DNA from: Betaproteobacteria bacterium
GTDB taxonomy: Bacteria > Pseudomonadota > Gammaproteobacteria > Burkholderiales > SG8-39
Assembly (NCBI GenBank): GCA_005883675.1
Contig: VBCM01000191.1
Location: forward strand, 109 to 64,108
Direction of reading: 5' to 3'
Length of the DNA: 64,000 nucleotides
Shown: one piece after another, positions 44,871 to 53,801 of the stretch
Layout of the letters: each line of letters begins with the position of its first letter
Position numbering within the stretch: position 1 is the stretch's first letter
Notes under the pieces: model-generated
The model's input: only the letters and a program-made list of their open reading frames with translations
The model's database searches: none
What the model was told of the DNA's origin: nothing
Translations under genes and position numbers: made by a program

Positions 44871-45779
44871 TCACGCACGCTTGTTCGCCCAGTAATCGGC
44901 CGCCGATTTCGATTGGCGCAGCGCCTCGGGCGTTTCGTACCCGGGCGCCATCGAGGCGTCGGTGCCGGCAAGTACCTGGTGGTGCTCGATGTTGACCAGG
45001 CGCAGCCAGCTCTGCTGGCCCATGGTGAGCGCGATGAAGCAGCCGAGCTCCACGAGCTCGGGCTCGCTGAAATGCTGGTACAACCGCTCCCAGAACGCGT
45101 CGTTGGTGTCGAGATGCCAGGTGATCGCTTCGGCATAGGCGAGCGCCGCCTTGTCCCGTTCGTTATAGCGCGTCGACTTCTCGAAATCCAGCAGGTCACG
45201 GACGTGATCCTCGATGACGCCAGCGCTTGCCGCCTTGATCGAGCGCTGGTTGCCGCAGTAATCGCACTGCACCGAGCGTGACACGTACAGCCGGCAAAGC
45301 TCCTTGATCGCGTGGTCGCACACGCCGCGGTGGAAGAGATCGCGCCACGAATTGGCGAACGACCAGAACGCGGCCGGGGTGTCGAGATGCCAGGTGATCG
45401 CTTCGGCATAGGCGAGCGCCGCCTTGTCCCGTTCGTTATAGCGCGTCGACTTCTCGAAATCCAGCAGGTCACGGACGTGATCCTCGATGACGCCAGCGCT
45501 TGCCGCCTTGATCGAGCGCTGGTTGCCGCAGTAATCGCACTGCACCGAGCGTGACACGTACAGCCGGCAAAGCTCCTTGATCGCGTGGTCGCACACGCCG
45601 CGGTGGAAGAGATCGCGCCACGAATTGGCGAACGACCAGAACGCGGCCGGGACGTGCGCGCGCACCGCCGAGCTCTCCGGGCGCGGCGTACCCTCGCGCC
45701 GGCAGCGCTCCATCTCGGCGCGCATCTCGGCGTCCATCTTCTCCAGCGGGAAATAACTGATGCGCTGCTTGGCGCTCAT
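44871..45779 (-). CDS. carboxymuconolactone decarboxylase (AhpD-like) family protein carrying an exact 91-codon internal tandem duplication
   Basis: 302 aa. The segment PAAFWSFANSWRDLFHRGVCDHAIKELCRLYVSRSVQCDYCGNQRS...AITWHLDT occurs twice back to back. The CxxC (CDYC) motif is typical of the CMD/AhpD fold. Confidence 0.8.
   Translation of the reverse strand: MSAKQRISYFPLEKMDAEMRAEMERCRREGTPRPESSAVRAHVPAAFWSFANSWRDLFHRGVCDHAIKELCRLYVSRSVQCDYCGNQRSIKAASAGVIEDHVRDLLDFEKSTRYNERDKAALAYAEAITWHLDTPAAFWSFANSWRDLFHRGVCDHAIKELCRLYVSRSVQCDYCGNQRSIKAASAGVIEDHVRDLLDFEKSTRYNERDKAALAYAEAITWHLDTNDAFWERLYQHFSEPELVELGCFIALTMGQQSWLRLVNIEHHQVLAGTDASMAPGYETPEALRQSKSAADYWANKRA
45105..45650. repeat. perfect 273-bp tandem duplication (2 copies)
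   Basis: 45105-45377 and 45378-45650 are identical by direct comparison. A 10-nt CCAGAACGCG occurs at 45090, 45363 and 45636 (period 273), giving microhomology at the boundaries. Confidence 0.93.
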
Positions 45780-45789
45780 GGCGAATCTC

Positions 45790-47025
45790 CTAGGCTTTCA
45801 TCGGCGGCCAGTCGCGCGAGTAGACCGGCTGCTTCAAGAATTCTTTCGGGTCGTAGGTCCAGAACTGGCTCACGTTCGAATAGGTATAGATATTCGTATT
45901 GACGAGCCGACCGTCCTTCTTCTCCACTTTGCGGATGTAGATGTTGCCAACGACGTTGCCGTACTCGTCGAACGCGATCGGCCCGCGCAGCGTCTCCACC
46001 CGTACGCCGCGCAGCGCCTTGATGAAGGCCTGCTTTTCCTCCACCTTGCCCTTGAGCGCCTCGAGCGCCGCGTAGAGTACTTCCCCGTAGAGGTAGGTGC
46101 CCGCCGCGTACTGGCCCGGATCGTAGCCGTTCTCCGCGCGATAGGCAGCGACGAAGCGCTTGTTGATCGGGTTGTCGAGCTGCGCGCTGTACCAGCAGCT
46201 CGAGATCGAGCCGAGGGCATAGTCGCCCATGTTGCGTAGCGCCACTTCGTCGAACGCCGTCATGCCGCCGATGATCGGCGTCTTCATGCCGTACTCGTTG
46301 TACTGCTTGAAGAAGCGAAAGCCGTTCGAGCCTGCAAAGCCGAGGAACACGCCGTCGATGTCCGGCTTGAGCTGCGCAATGTAGCTGCCGTAATCCGGGG
46401 CGTTGAGCGGCGAGAAGAGCTTCTGCACAAGTGTGCCGCCCGCGTCCTCAAAGACTTTCTGGAAGCCGCCCAGCATCTCGTGCCCATAGGCAAAGTCATC
46501 GGCGATCGCCGCCATGCGCTTGTACTTCAGGTGCTTCCCGCAGTAGTCCGCGGCCGGGTGCCCGCATTGCGCGGAACTCGACGTGGCGCGCACGAACCAG
46601 GGGTTCGCCTTGCGCTGCGTCATGTCCTCGGCGCCAGCGATCGGCAGGGTTGGGATCTGCGCCGCGCGAATGTAGTCGTCCATGGCGAGCGCCTCGAAGG
46701 CGGCGAGCGGCCCGACCACCGCCTGCACGCGCTCGCGCTCGACCAGCTCCTGCATCTTGGTGCGGGCCTGCGCCGGCACGCCGCCGCTGTCGGCGACGGT
46801 GAGCGTCACCTTGCGCCCGCCCATGGTGTAGCTCTTCTCCTTGAGAAAGAGGGTGAGGCCGCGCTCCATGTCGATGCCGCCGGAAGCGAGCGCGCCCGTC
46901 TTGATGGTCAGCAAGCCGATCCGGATCGGCTCGGCCTGCGCGCGCAAAATGGTGGGAAATGCGAGCTGGGCCGCACCGGCCGCGGCGCCGGCCGCCTTGA
47001 TGAACTTCCTGCGGTTGAACGTCAT
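45790..47025 (-). CDS. LivK-type (cluster B) ABC transporter substrate-binding protein with Tat-like signal, no cognate permease or ATPase nearby
   Basis: 411 aa. MTFNRRKFIKAAGAAAGAA twin-Arg-like leader. Periplasmic_binding_6-like body (IRIGLLTIKTGALAS...). Confidence 0.8.
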   Translation of the reverse strand: MTFNRRKFIKAAGAAAGAAQLAFPTILRAQAEPIRIGLLTIKTGALASGGIDMERGLTLFLKEKSYTMGGRKVTLTVADSGGVPAQARTKMQELVERERVQAVVGPLAAFEALAMDDYIRAAQIPTLPIAGAEDMTQRKANPWFVRATSSSAQCGHPAADYCGKHLKYKRMAAIADDFAYGHEMLGGFQKVFEDAGGTLVQKLFSPLNAPDYGSYIAQLKPDIDGVFLGFAGSNGFRFFKQYNEYGMKTPIIGGMTAFDEVALRNMGDYALGSISSCWYSAQLDNPINKRFVAAYRAENGYDPGQYAAGTYLYGEVLYAALEALKGKVEEKQAFIKALRGVRVETLRGPIAFDEYGNVVGNIYIRKVEKKDGRLVNTNIYTYSNVSQFWTYDPKEFLKQPVYSRDWPPMKA

Positions 47026-47046
47026 GCTGCGTCCTCCAAGCTGGCG

Positions 47047-48228
47047 CTATTCGGTTTCTATCATCGAATACCGGGACTCTGCCGCCAAGCACTGCGCCGG
47101 CGGCAGGCCGAGCTCTCGCCGCACGAGATTCGCGCCGAGCACGATCGCCACCATCTTGTAGAACGCGTGCCGGCGGCTCATCCCTTCGCGGCCCATACCG
47201 CAGTCCGAAGCGAGCACCAGCCGCTCGGCGGGAATGTGCTCGAGCGCCTTGCGGATAAGTGTCGCCACCTGTTCGGGCGTCTCGACCTGCAGCGTGTGGT
47301 GATCGACGACGCCAATGCAGATCTTCGGCTCACGGATGCGCTTGCCGATCGCCTCCAGGTCCATGCCGCCCGAGCTGCAAGTCTCGAAGGTGATCACGTC
47401 CGCATCCACCTCGCTTAACGCATCGAGCGCCGGCGCATAGCTCGGTGTCTTGGCGAAAAGCCGCTGCGCCGCGGGATTGCCCCAGCAGGTGTGACACCAC
47501 ACCTCGGTCTTCTTGCGCAGGCCACGCACCGTGTTGTTGAAGACTTCGATCATGAATTTCGCGTTGAGCACCCCCTCGCTGAGGCCCTTCGCAGCGAGCA
47601 GATGGATCTGCGGCTCGTCCATCTGGATTACCTTGCAACCGGCATCGGCGAGCTCATGCAGCTCCTCGTTGAGCGCGTCGCTGATCGCGAGGATGCTCCT
47701 GCGCAGATCCCGGTAATGCGAATCGCGCACCGACATGGCAATGAGCTCCGGCGTGATGGTGCCGAACTTGACCGGTTTGGTGGTCTGGCGCTGCGCCGCC
47801 TTCCAGATCGCCGTATAGCGGAGCTTGCCGCGGCCGACCGGCCCAACCAGATCCGGCATGACGCGGGTTTCGAGCACATCGTGCAGGATGTGGCCGGGCT
47901 TCTGCGGGATGCCGGCGAGCCCGCCCTTTACCGCATAAGGGCGTACACCGGCGAAACCGTCCATATGCAACGGCGCGTACGAGAACCAGTTGTGTCCCGC
48001 GACGTCGGCATCGAAGCGGCAATCGCCGTCGGTGACGATGTCCAGGCCGGCCACCTCCTGGTCTCGCAGGTAGACGGCCAGGGCGTCCAGATATTGCTCG
48101 CGGTAACCGCGATCGACCATCGCCTCGCGGAAATCACGGGCGCCGAGGTTCTGCGTGTACCAGCTCGGCCGCGGCAGCGAGCCGATGATGCTGGTCGGCA
48201 GAACGAGGCCGGCGGTCGCGGTGTACAT
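47047..48228 (-). CDS. cobalamin-independent methionine synthase (MetE C-terminal domain)-like protein
   Basis: 393 aa. GSLPRPSWY, DIVTDGD, IQMDEP, CHTCWGN, ASDCGM, resembling the Meth_synt_2 zinc/substrate motifs. Confidence 0.75.
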   Translation of the reverse strand: MYTATAGLVLPTSIIGSLPRPSWYTQNLGARDFREAMVDRGYREQYLDALAVYLRDQEVAGLDIVTDGDCRFDADVAGHNWFSYAPLHMDGFAGVRPYAVKGGLAGIPQKPGHILHDVLETRVMPDLVGPVGRGKLRYTAIWKAAQRQTTKPVKFGTITPELIAMSVRDSHYRDLRRSILAISDALNEELHELADAGCKVIQMDEPQIHLLAAKGLSEGVLNAKFMIEVFNNTVRGLRKKTEVWCHTCWGNPAAQRLFAKTPSYAPALDALSEVDADVITFETCSSGGMDLEAIGKRIREPKICIGVVDHHTLQVETPEQVATLIRKALEHIPAERLVLASDCGMGREGMSRRHAFYKMVAIVLGANLVRRELGLPPAQCLAAESRYSMIETE

Positions 48229-49075
48229 CAGCTGGAAAGACCATCGCTCACTTGAACGTTCTCGGGCTGGATGTCGAGGCCCGAGTTCTTCGCCTGCATG
48301 AGGAGCAGCGTGGAGAAGTCCTGCTCGGTCATGCCTTGCCCGATCATCTGCTGCAAAAGGTCGCGCGTAATCGAGGTGAGCGGCATGGGCACGCCGAACT
48401 GGCGGCCCGCATCGAGCCCGAGGTCGAGGTCCTTACGCAGCAGCTTCGGCGTGAAGGTGACATGGAAGTCAAGATTCACGAGCGCGGGCGTCTTGTAGCG
48501 CGTGAACATCGAGCCCATCACGCTCTTATTCAGGAAGTCGAGGAAAGCGTGACGCGGCATGCCCGCCTTCTCGGCAAGCACCGTGATCTCGCACAGGTTT
48601 TGCATCACCACGCCCAGCCGAGAAACGGCCGGGCGTCTTCGTAGGCCCTTTTCGGCCCGGAGGCGACAATGGTGAGCTTGCCGGCCTTGATCACCTTGGC
48701 GTTGCCGCTGACCGGCGCAGCAAGGTATTCGATGCCTTTCTGCTTCAGCATCGCGCGCAGCTCAGCCGAGCCGTCGAGCGAGATGGACGAGCATTCGATC
48801 ACCATGCGGGGTTTCGCCTGCCCGGCAAGGAGCTTCGCCATCACCTCCTTGACGTCGTCCCAGGTGGAGACCATGCAGAAGACGATGTCGCGGCGCGCGA
48901 GGTCGGCAAGCGAATCGACGATCTTCGCGCCGTATTTCCCCAGCGGCTCGGCCTTGGCGCGCGTGCGGTTCCAGACGGCGATGTCGCAGTCGCCTTTTGC
49001 GAGGCGGGCGGCCATTTCGAATCCCATGCGGCCGGTGCCGATCCAGCCGAGCTTCAATTCAGTAAGGGTTGGCAA
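48228..49075 (-). pseudogene. 3-hydroxyisobutyrate dehydrogenase-family NAD(P) oxidoreductase, two frames joined by a lesion near 48615
   Basis: N-terminal ORF 48605..49075 (LGWIGTGRMG Rossmann, ...AYEDARPFLGWAW*) and C-terminal ORF 48228..48611 (LGVVMQNLCEITVLAEKAG...). The dinucleotide-domain to helical-domain linker is missing. Confidence 0.75.
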
Positions 49076-50366
49076 TCGGGAGTTCCTCTGCAGGGTAAAG
49101 CGAGATGATGCGCGCGCCCTTCGGGGTGAGGATCACTTCTTCCTCGATGCGCGCGGCCGAGATGCCGTCGGTCGCCGGGCAATAGGTCTCCACCGCGAAC
49201 ACCATGCCGGCCTTGAGCTCGATCGGTTCGCGCAGGGACGTGAGGCGCGAGATGAGCGGGCGCTCGTGCAGCCCGAGGCCCAGGCCATGGCAGAAGTTGA
49301 GGCCGAAGGCGTCCATCTCGCTGGCGAAGCCGATCTCCTTTGCCTCCGGCATGGCGAGCGCAATCTTATCGGTCGACATGCCGGGCTTCAGCAGCTCGAT
49401 CGCCCGATCCATCCATTCGCGCGCCTTGCGATAGGCGGTGCGCTGCGGCGGGGTGGCGCGGCCGACGTTGAACGTGCGGTAGTAGCACGTGCGGTAGCCC
49501 ATGAATGACTGGATGATGTCGAAGAACGCCTGATCTCCCGGGCGGATCAGCCGATCGGTGAAGTTGTGCGGATGCGGCGAGCAGCGCTCGCCCGAAATCG
49601 AGTTGATCGCCTCGACGCAGTCCGAGCCCATCTCGTAGAGGCGCTTGGTGGCAAGCCCGACGATCTGCGACTCCTGCACGCCGGGCTTGAGCGCCTCGGC
49701 GATGTCCTGGTACACGCCATCGACCATGGCGGAAGCCATATTGAGGAGCGTGAGCTCATCGATGTTCTTCACTTCGCGCGCTTCCAGCATCACCTGCTGG
49801 CAGTCGCGCACCTCGAGCCCCGCTTTTTGCAACTCGAACAGCATGGGCGGCTCGACGACATCCACGCCGAGCGGCATGTCGGCGACGCCCTCCTCCTGCA
49901 GAATGGCTTTGATCTCCTTCGCCGCGTCGCGAAACAGAGTGATGTCACCGCCGGTCGCACCGCGCAGTCCAAGCAGTCCGGCCCGGCAGTGGTCCTCGTG
50001 CAGCCACGGCGCATAAAGCTTGTGATGGCGCGCCGCGCTGCCGAAGTCCCAAATGTACGGATCACCCGTGCTGCTGATGAGCGAATAGCGCGTGAGCTTG
50101 TCGCGCGCCCACTCGCCGATCACCGTGCTGGTGGTGTAGCGGATGTTGTGCTGATCGAAGCAAAGGAGCGCCCCGAGGCCCGAATGCGCGAGCGCTGCGC
50201 GCACGCGCGCGAGACGGTAGTTGTGCAGGCGGCGGAAATCGACACGCTCCTCGAAATCGACCTGCGTGCGCCCGGGCGCCTGCAGCGGTCGGTCCCAGCG
50301 ATGGTGCGGATCAATGTCGTCCGGACGGACCTGCTTGGGCTCCGGCGGGCGCGACTTCTTCGCCAT
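49059..50366 (-). CDS. M24-family metallopeptidase-fold protein (creatinase / Xaa-Pro dipeptidase / DddP-like)
   Basis: ATG at 50366 after GAGGAG, 435 aa. Creatinase_N-like N-terminal domain and pita-bread C-terminal domain (FDIIQSFMGYRTCYYRTF, CHGLGLGLHE, FAVETY, EEEVILT). Confidence 0.78.
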   Translation of the reverse strand: MAKKSRPPEPKQVRPDDIDPHHRWDRPLQAPGRTQVDFEERVDFRRLHNYRLARVRAALAHSGLGALLCFDQHNIRYTTSTVIGEWARDKLTRYSLISSTGDPYIWDFGSAARHHKLYAPWLHEDHCRAGLLGLRGATGGDITLFRDAAKEIKAILQEEGVADMPLGVDVVEPPMLFELQKAGLEVRDCQQVMLEAREVKNIDELTLLNMASAMVDGVYQDIAEALKPGVQESQIVGLATKRLYEMGSDCVEAINSISGERCSPHPHNFTDRLIRPGDQAFFDIIQSFMGYRTCYYRTFNVGRATPPQRTAYRKAREWMDRAIELLKPGMSTDKIALAMPEAKEIGFASEMDAFGLNFCHGLGLGLHERPLISRLTSLREPIELKAGMVFAVETYCPATDGISAARIEEEVILTPKGARIISLYPAEELPIANPY

Positions 50367-50436
50367 GGGGTCTCCTCGAGGGAGGCAAATTCTACTGGCT
50401 TGCCATGCGGGCGCGTAGCTTGCATCTCGGGGCGGC

Positions 50437-51454
50437 ATGCGGCTCTCGGCAAAGGCGGCGCTCGACCTGCTCAAGCAGACGGCGAGCGCGTGGAGCGAGG
50501 ACTACGCGCCCAGCATCGGGGCGGCCCTTTCCTATTACACGCTGTTCTCGATTGCGCCGCTGCTGCTCATCGTCATCGCGGTGGCGGGCCTGGTTTTCGG
50601 TGCCGAGGCGGCGCGCGGCGAGATCTTCGGCCAGCTCGCCGGGCTCGCAAGGCATGGTCGCCACCATCGTCGGCGTGCTGACTCTGCTTCTCGGTGCGAC
50701 GACCGTTTTCGGCGAGCTGCAGAACGTGCTCGACCGCATCTGGCGAGCGCCGGCGCGCGAGAAAAGCAAAGGCTGGTGGAACCTCCTGCGCACGCGTCTG
50801 TTGTCCTTCGGCATGGTGCTCGGCATCGCGTTCCTGCTCACCGTGTCGCTCATTCTCAGCGCAGCGATCGCCGCGCTCGGCAAGTGGTGGGGCGCGGCGG
50901 AGATCGTCGCCCACCTGCTCGAAATCGTCCTCAGCTTTGGCCTCACGACGGTGCTCTTCGCGCTCATCTACAAGTACATCCCGCGGGTGCACGTCGGCTG
51001 GCACGACGTCTGGATCGGTGCCGCGGTGACCGCGGCGCTCTTCGCCGTCGGCAAGTTCCTCATCGGACTGTATCTCGGCAAGAGCTCGGTCGGCTCCGCC
51101 TTCGGTGCGGCCGGCTCGCTCGTGGTGCTCATGCTTTGGGTCTACTACTCGGCGCAGATCTTTCTCTTCGGCGCCGAATTCACATGGGTTTATGCGCACG
51201 AGTTCGGCTCCCGGCGAAGTGAGATGCGCCCGCGGGCAGGCGCGAGCGCCGAAAGGCCGGCGGCGGCAGCGCGGCCAGCAGCCCCGACCGCCCCGGCGCC
51301 AGTGCCAATGCCGCTCATCAGCGCGGAACCAAGCCTGCGACGCCGACACCCGTTCGGCAGTGTCGGCACAGCGTTCGTTGCGGGCCTCGCGCTCGGCGCG
51401 GCAAAATGGCTGGCGACAGAGCACTTGCGCGATCTGAAACGGCGGCTGACATGA
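50437..51454 (+). pseudogene. YihY/BrkB family membrane protein, frame change near 50645
   Basis: N-terminus in ORF 50437.. (AALSYYTLFSIAPLLLIVIAVAGLVFG...GEIFGQLAGL). The remainder lies in the frame of ORF 50405..51454 (GMVATIVGVLTLLLGATTVFGELQNVLDRIW...YYSAQIFLFGAEFT). Confidence 0.75.
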
Positions 51455-51726
51455 ACAGAGTATGGCTCGGACTATTGCTGCTATCCGGCTGCTCGAGCGT
51501 GCAGTGGGACAAGCCTGGTGCTACGCCAGCGAGCGTGGATGCCGACCTGCGCGCGTGCACCACCGCGGCCCAGGCGACGTCGACGTTGCCGCAATTGAAG
51601 ACCACTTCCACCGGAATGGAGATTCAGCCGCACCCGACCGATCGCGATGCCGACCGGCAGCTCCAGCAAGCGCAGCGCGTGCAGGCTTGCATGCGCGAGA
51701 AGGGCTACACGTTGCGGCCCGGCTAA
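51451..51726 (+). CDS. small lipoprotein
   Basis: ATG at 51451 (ATGA overlap with the yihY stop). MNRVWLGLLLLSGC lipobox. 91 aa, no family recognised. Confidence 0.55.
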   Translation: MNRVWLGLLLLSGCSSVQWDKPGATPASVDADLRACTTAAQATSTLPQLKTTSTGMEIQPHPTDRDADRQLQQAQRVQACMREKGYTLRPG

Positions 51727-51736
51727 GCCGCTCGCG

Positions 51737-52813
51737 CTATTCGCCTCGCGCGAGCGCCTCGACGCGCGAGCGAGCGAGCTCAAGCTTATCGGCCGCAGTC
51801 ACGATCTCGTTCCAGGTCGCTTCGTCAACAGGGATGCCGTCGCGGCTACGCCGCTCGCGCATTTCGCGCTCGGGCTCGCCCGCGATGCGCACTCGATCGA
51901 AGCCCGGAGCGGGCCGGCTCTTTCGTAGCCAGTCGAGGAACAGGCGAGCCTCGCGCTCGAACGCCGCCGCCGTACCGAGTTGCCTGGGGTCAAGCACGAT
52001 GGTGAACATGCCGTTCAGTACGCGCTGCTTGCTCGACTCCTCGTAATGCCACGTTCCGCCACCGGTAAGCGCGCCACCGAGCAGCTCGGACGCGATCGCC
52101 ATGCCGTAGCCCTTGTGCTCACCGAACGCGAGCATCGCGCCGAACGGCGGCACCACCGCATAGCGGGGATCGGTGGTCGGATTGCCTTCCGGGTCGATCA
52201 GGCGTCCCGGCGGCACTTTCTCGCCCTTGTTGTGCGCCACGCGGAGCTTGCCTTGCGCGACCGCGCTCGTCGCGTAGTCGAGCAGGAACGGCGGCTCGCC
52301 GGGCAGCGGCACGCCGATGCAGCAAGGGTTGGTGCCGAAGCGGGCATCGCGCCCGCCGTGCGGCGCGACTCGCGCATGCGAGATCACGTTCACGAAGTGG
52401 ATCGACACCAATCCCTCGGCGACGGCCATTTCGGCCCAGTGACCGATGCGCCCGAGATGATGCGAATTGCCAAGCGTCATGATGCAGCAGCCCGAGTGCT
52501 TGGCGCGCTCGATCGCCATCTGCATCGCCTCGCGTCCGATGCTCTGCCCGTATCCCTTGCAGCCATCGAGCGCGAGCAGCGTGCCCGTGTCGAGCGTCGC
52601 CTTCGGATGCTGGTTGGGCAGCAGCCCGCCCTCCAGCACGGCATCGATGTACCGCGGGATCATGCCGACGCCGTGAGAATCGTGACCCAGCAGGTTCGCC
52701 GTGACGAGATTGTCCGCCACGAGCCGGGCTTCGGCCGGCTCGCTGCCACCTGCGGCGACGATCGCCTCGATCGCGCGCGTGAGCGCTTGCGCTGTGAAGA
52801 ACGTTTCCATCAC
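51737..52813 (-). CDS. Ldh2-family (malate/L-lactate/ureidoglycolate dehydrogenase type 2) oxidoreductase
   Basis: 358 aa. GHDSHGV, GNSHHLGRIG, FGTNP, YATSAVAQGK. Confidence 0.82.
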   Translation of the reverse strand: MMETFFTAQALTRAIEAIVAAGGSEPAEARLVADNLVTANLLGHDSHGVGMIPRYIDAVLEGGLLPNQHPKATLDTGTLLALDGCKGYGQSIGREAMQMAIERAKHSGCCIMTLGNSHHLGRIGHWAEMAVAEGLVSIHFVNVISHARVAPHGGRDARFGTNPCCIGVPLPGEPPFLLDYATSAVAQGKLRVAHNKGEKVPPGRLIDPEGNPTTDPRYAVVPPFGAMLAFGEHKGYGMAIASELLGGALTGGGTWHYEESSKQRVLNGMFTIVLDPRQLGTAAAFEREARLFLDWLRKSRPAPGFDRVRIAGEPEREMRERRSRDGIPVDEATWNEIVTAADKLELARSRVEALARGE

Positions 52814-52844
52814 CGGGCGAGGCCGGCAGTTTAGACTAAGAACT

Positions 52845-53801
52845 ATGCGAACCCTGACGGCGGTGCTCGTCTGGCTCGTTTTTTCTGCCGGCCAGGCGCA
52901 AACCTATCCTGCGAAGCCGGTGCGCATCATCGTTCCGTATGCCGCGGGAGGCACTTCCGACATCCTCGCGCGCCAGCTCGGGCCGAAACTCGCGGACACC
53001 TGGGGACAGCCGGTCATCGTCGAGAACAAGCCGGGCGCAAACGGCAACGTCGGCGCCGAGTTCGTCGCCAAGAGTGCGGCCGATGGCTACACGTTACTCC
53101 TCACCGATCTCGGCGGCCTCGTCATCAGCGCGAGCGTCTATGCGCAACTGCCGTTCAATCCAGCGCAGGACTTCACGCCGGTCATCATGGTGTCTTACTC
53201 ACCGCATGTACTGGCGGTACATCCTTCCGTGCCGGCCAAAGACATCAAAGAGCTCGTCGCGCTTGCCAAGGCTCAGCCCGGGAAGCTGAACTTCGCCATC
53301 TCCGGCATCGGCGGCGCGCCGCATCTCGCGGGCATCGAATTCGCGCAGCGCATGGCGCTACAGTGGACCTACATCCCATACAAGGGTGGCTCCGACGCGG
53401 TGGCTGCGGTCGCCGCCGGCCAGGCGGACGTGCTCTTCAACGGCATGCTCGCCACCTGGCCCACGGTACAGGGCGGCCGCCTGAGGGCGCTCGCCATTTC
53501 GAGCGCGCAGCGCGTGTCCTCCGCCCCCGATACACCGACGGTGGCCGAGCAAGGGCTGCCTGGCTTTGAAACCGGCTCGTTCCAAGGCGTGGTCGGCCCG
53601 CTCGGCATGGCGCGCGAAACGGTGGCGAAGCTAAACGCCGAGCTCGCGCGCATTCTCGGCGCGGCCGAAATGCGCGAGCGCTTCGCAAAGCAAGGCACGC
53701 AGGTGCGATCCGGCACGCCCGAGACGCTCGGTACATGGTTGCGCGAGGAGCAGGCGCGCTGGGCGCGCGTCGTCAAGGAATCAGGCGCCAAGTTCGAGTG
53801 A
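52845..53801 (+). CDS. Bug/TctC-family substrate-binding protein (second orphan copy)
   Basis: Internal ATG at 52845. Signal peptide then [23 protein letters not shown]. Confidence 0.88.
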   Translation: MRTLTAVLVWLVFSAGQAQTYPAKPVRIIVPYAAGGTSDILARQLGPKLADTWGQPVIVENKPGANGNVGAEFVAKSAADGYTLLLTDLGGLVISASVYAQLPFNPAQDFTPVIMVSYSPHVLAVHPSVPAKDIKELVALAKAQPGKLNFAISGIGGAPHLAGIEFAQRMALQWTYIPYKGGSDAVAAVAAGQADVLFNGMLATWPTVQGGRLRALAISSAQRVSSAPDTPTVAEQGLPGFETGSFQGVVGPLGMARETVAKLNAELARILGAAEMRERFAKQGTQVRSGTPETLGTWLREEQARWARVVKESGAKFE

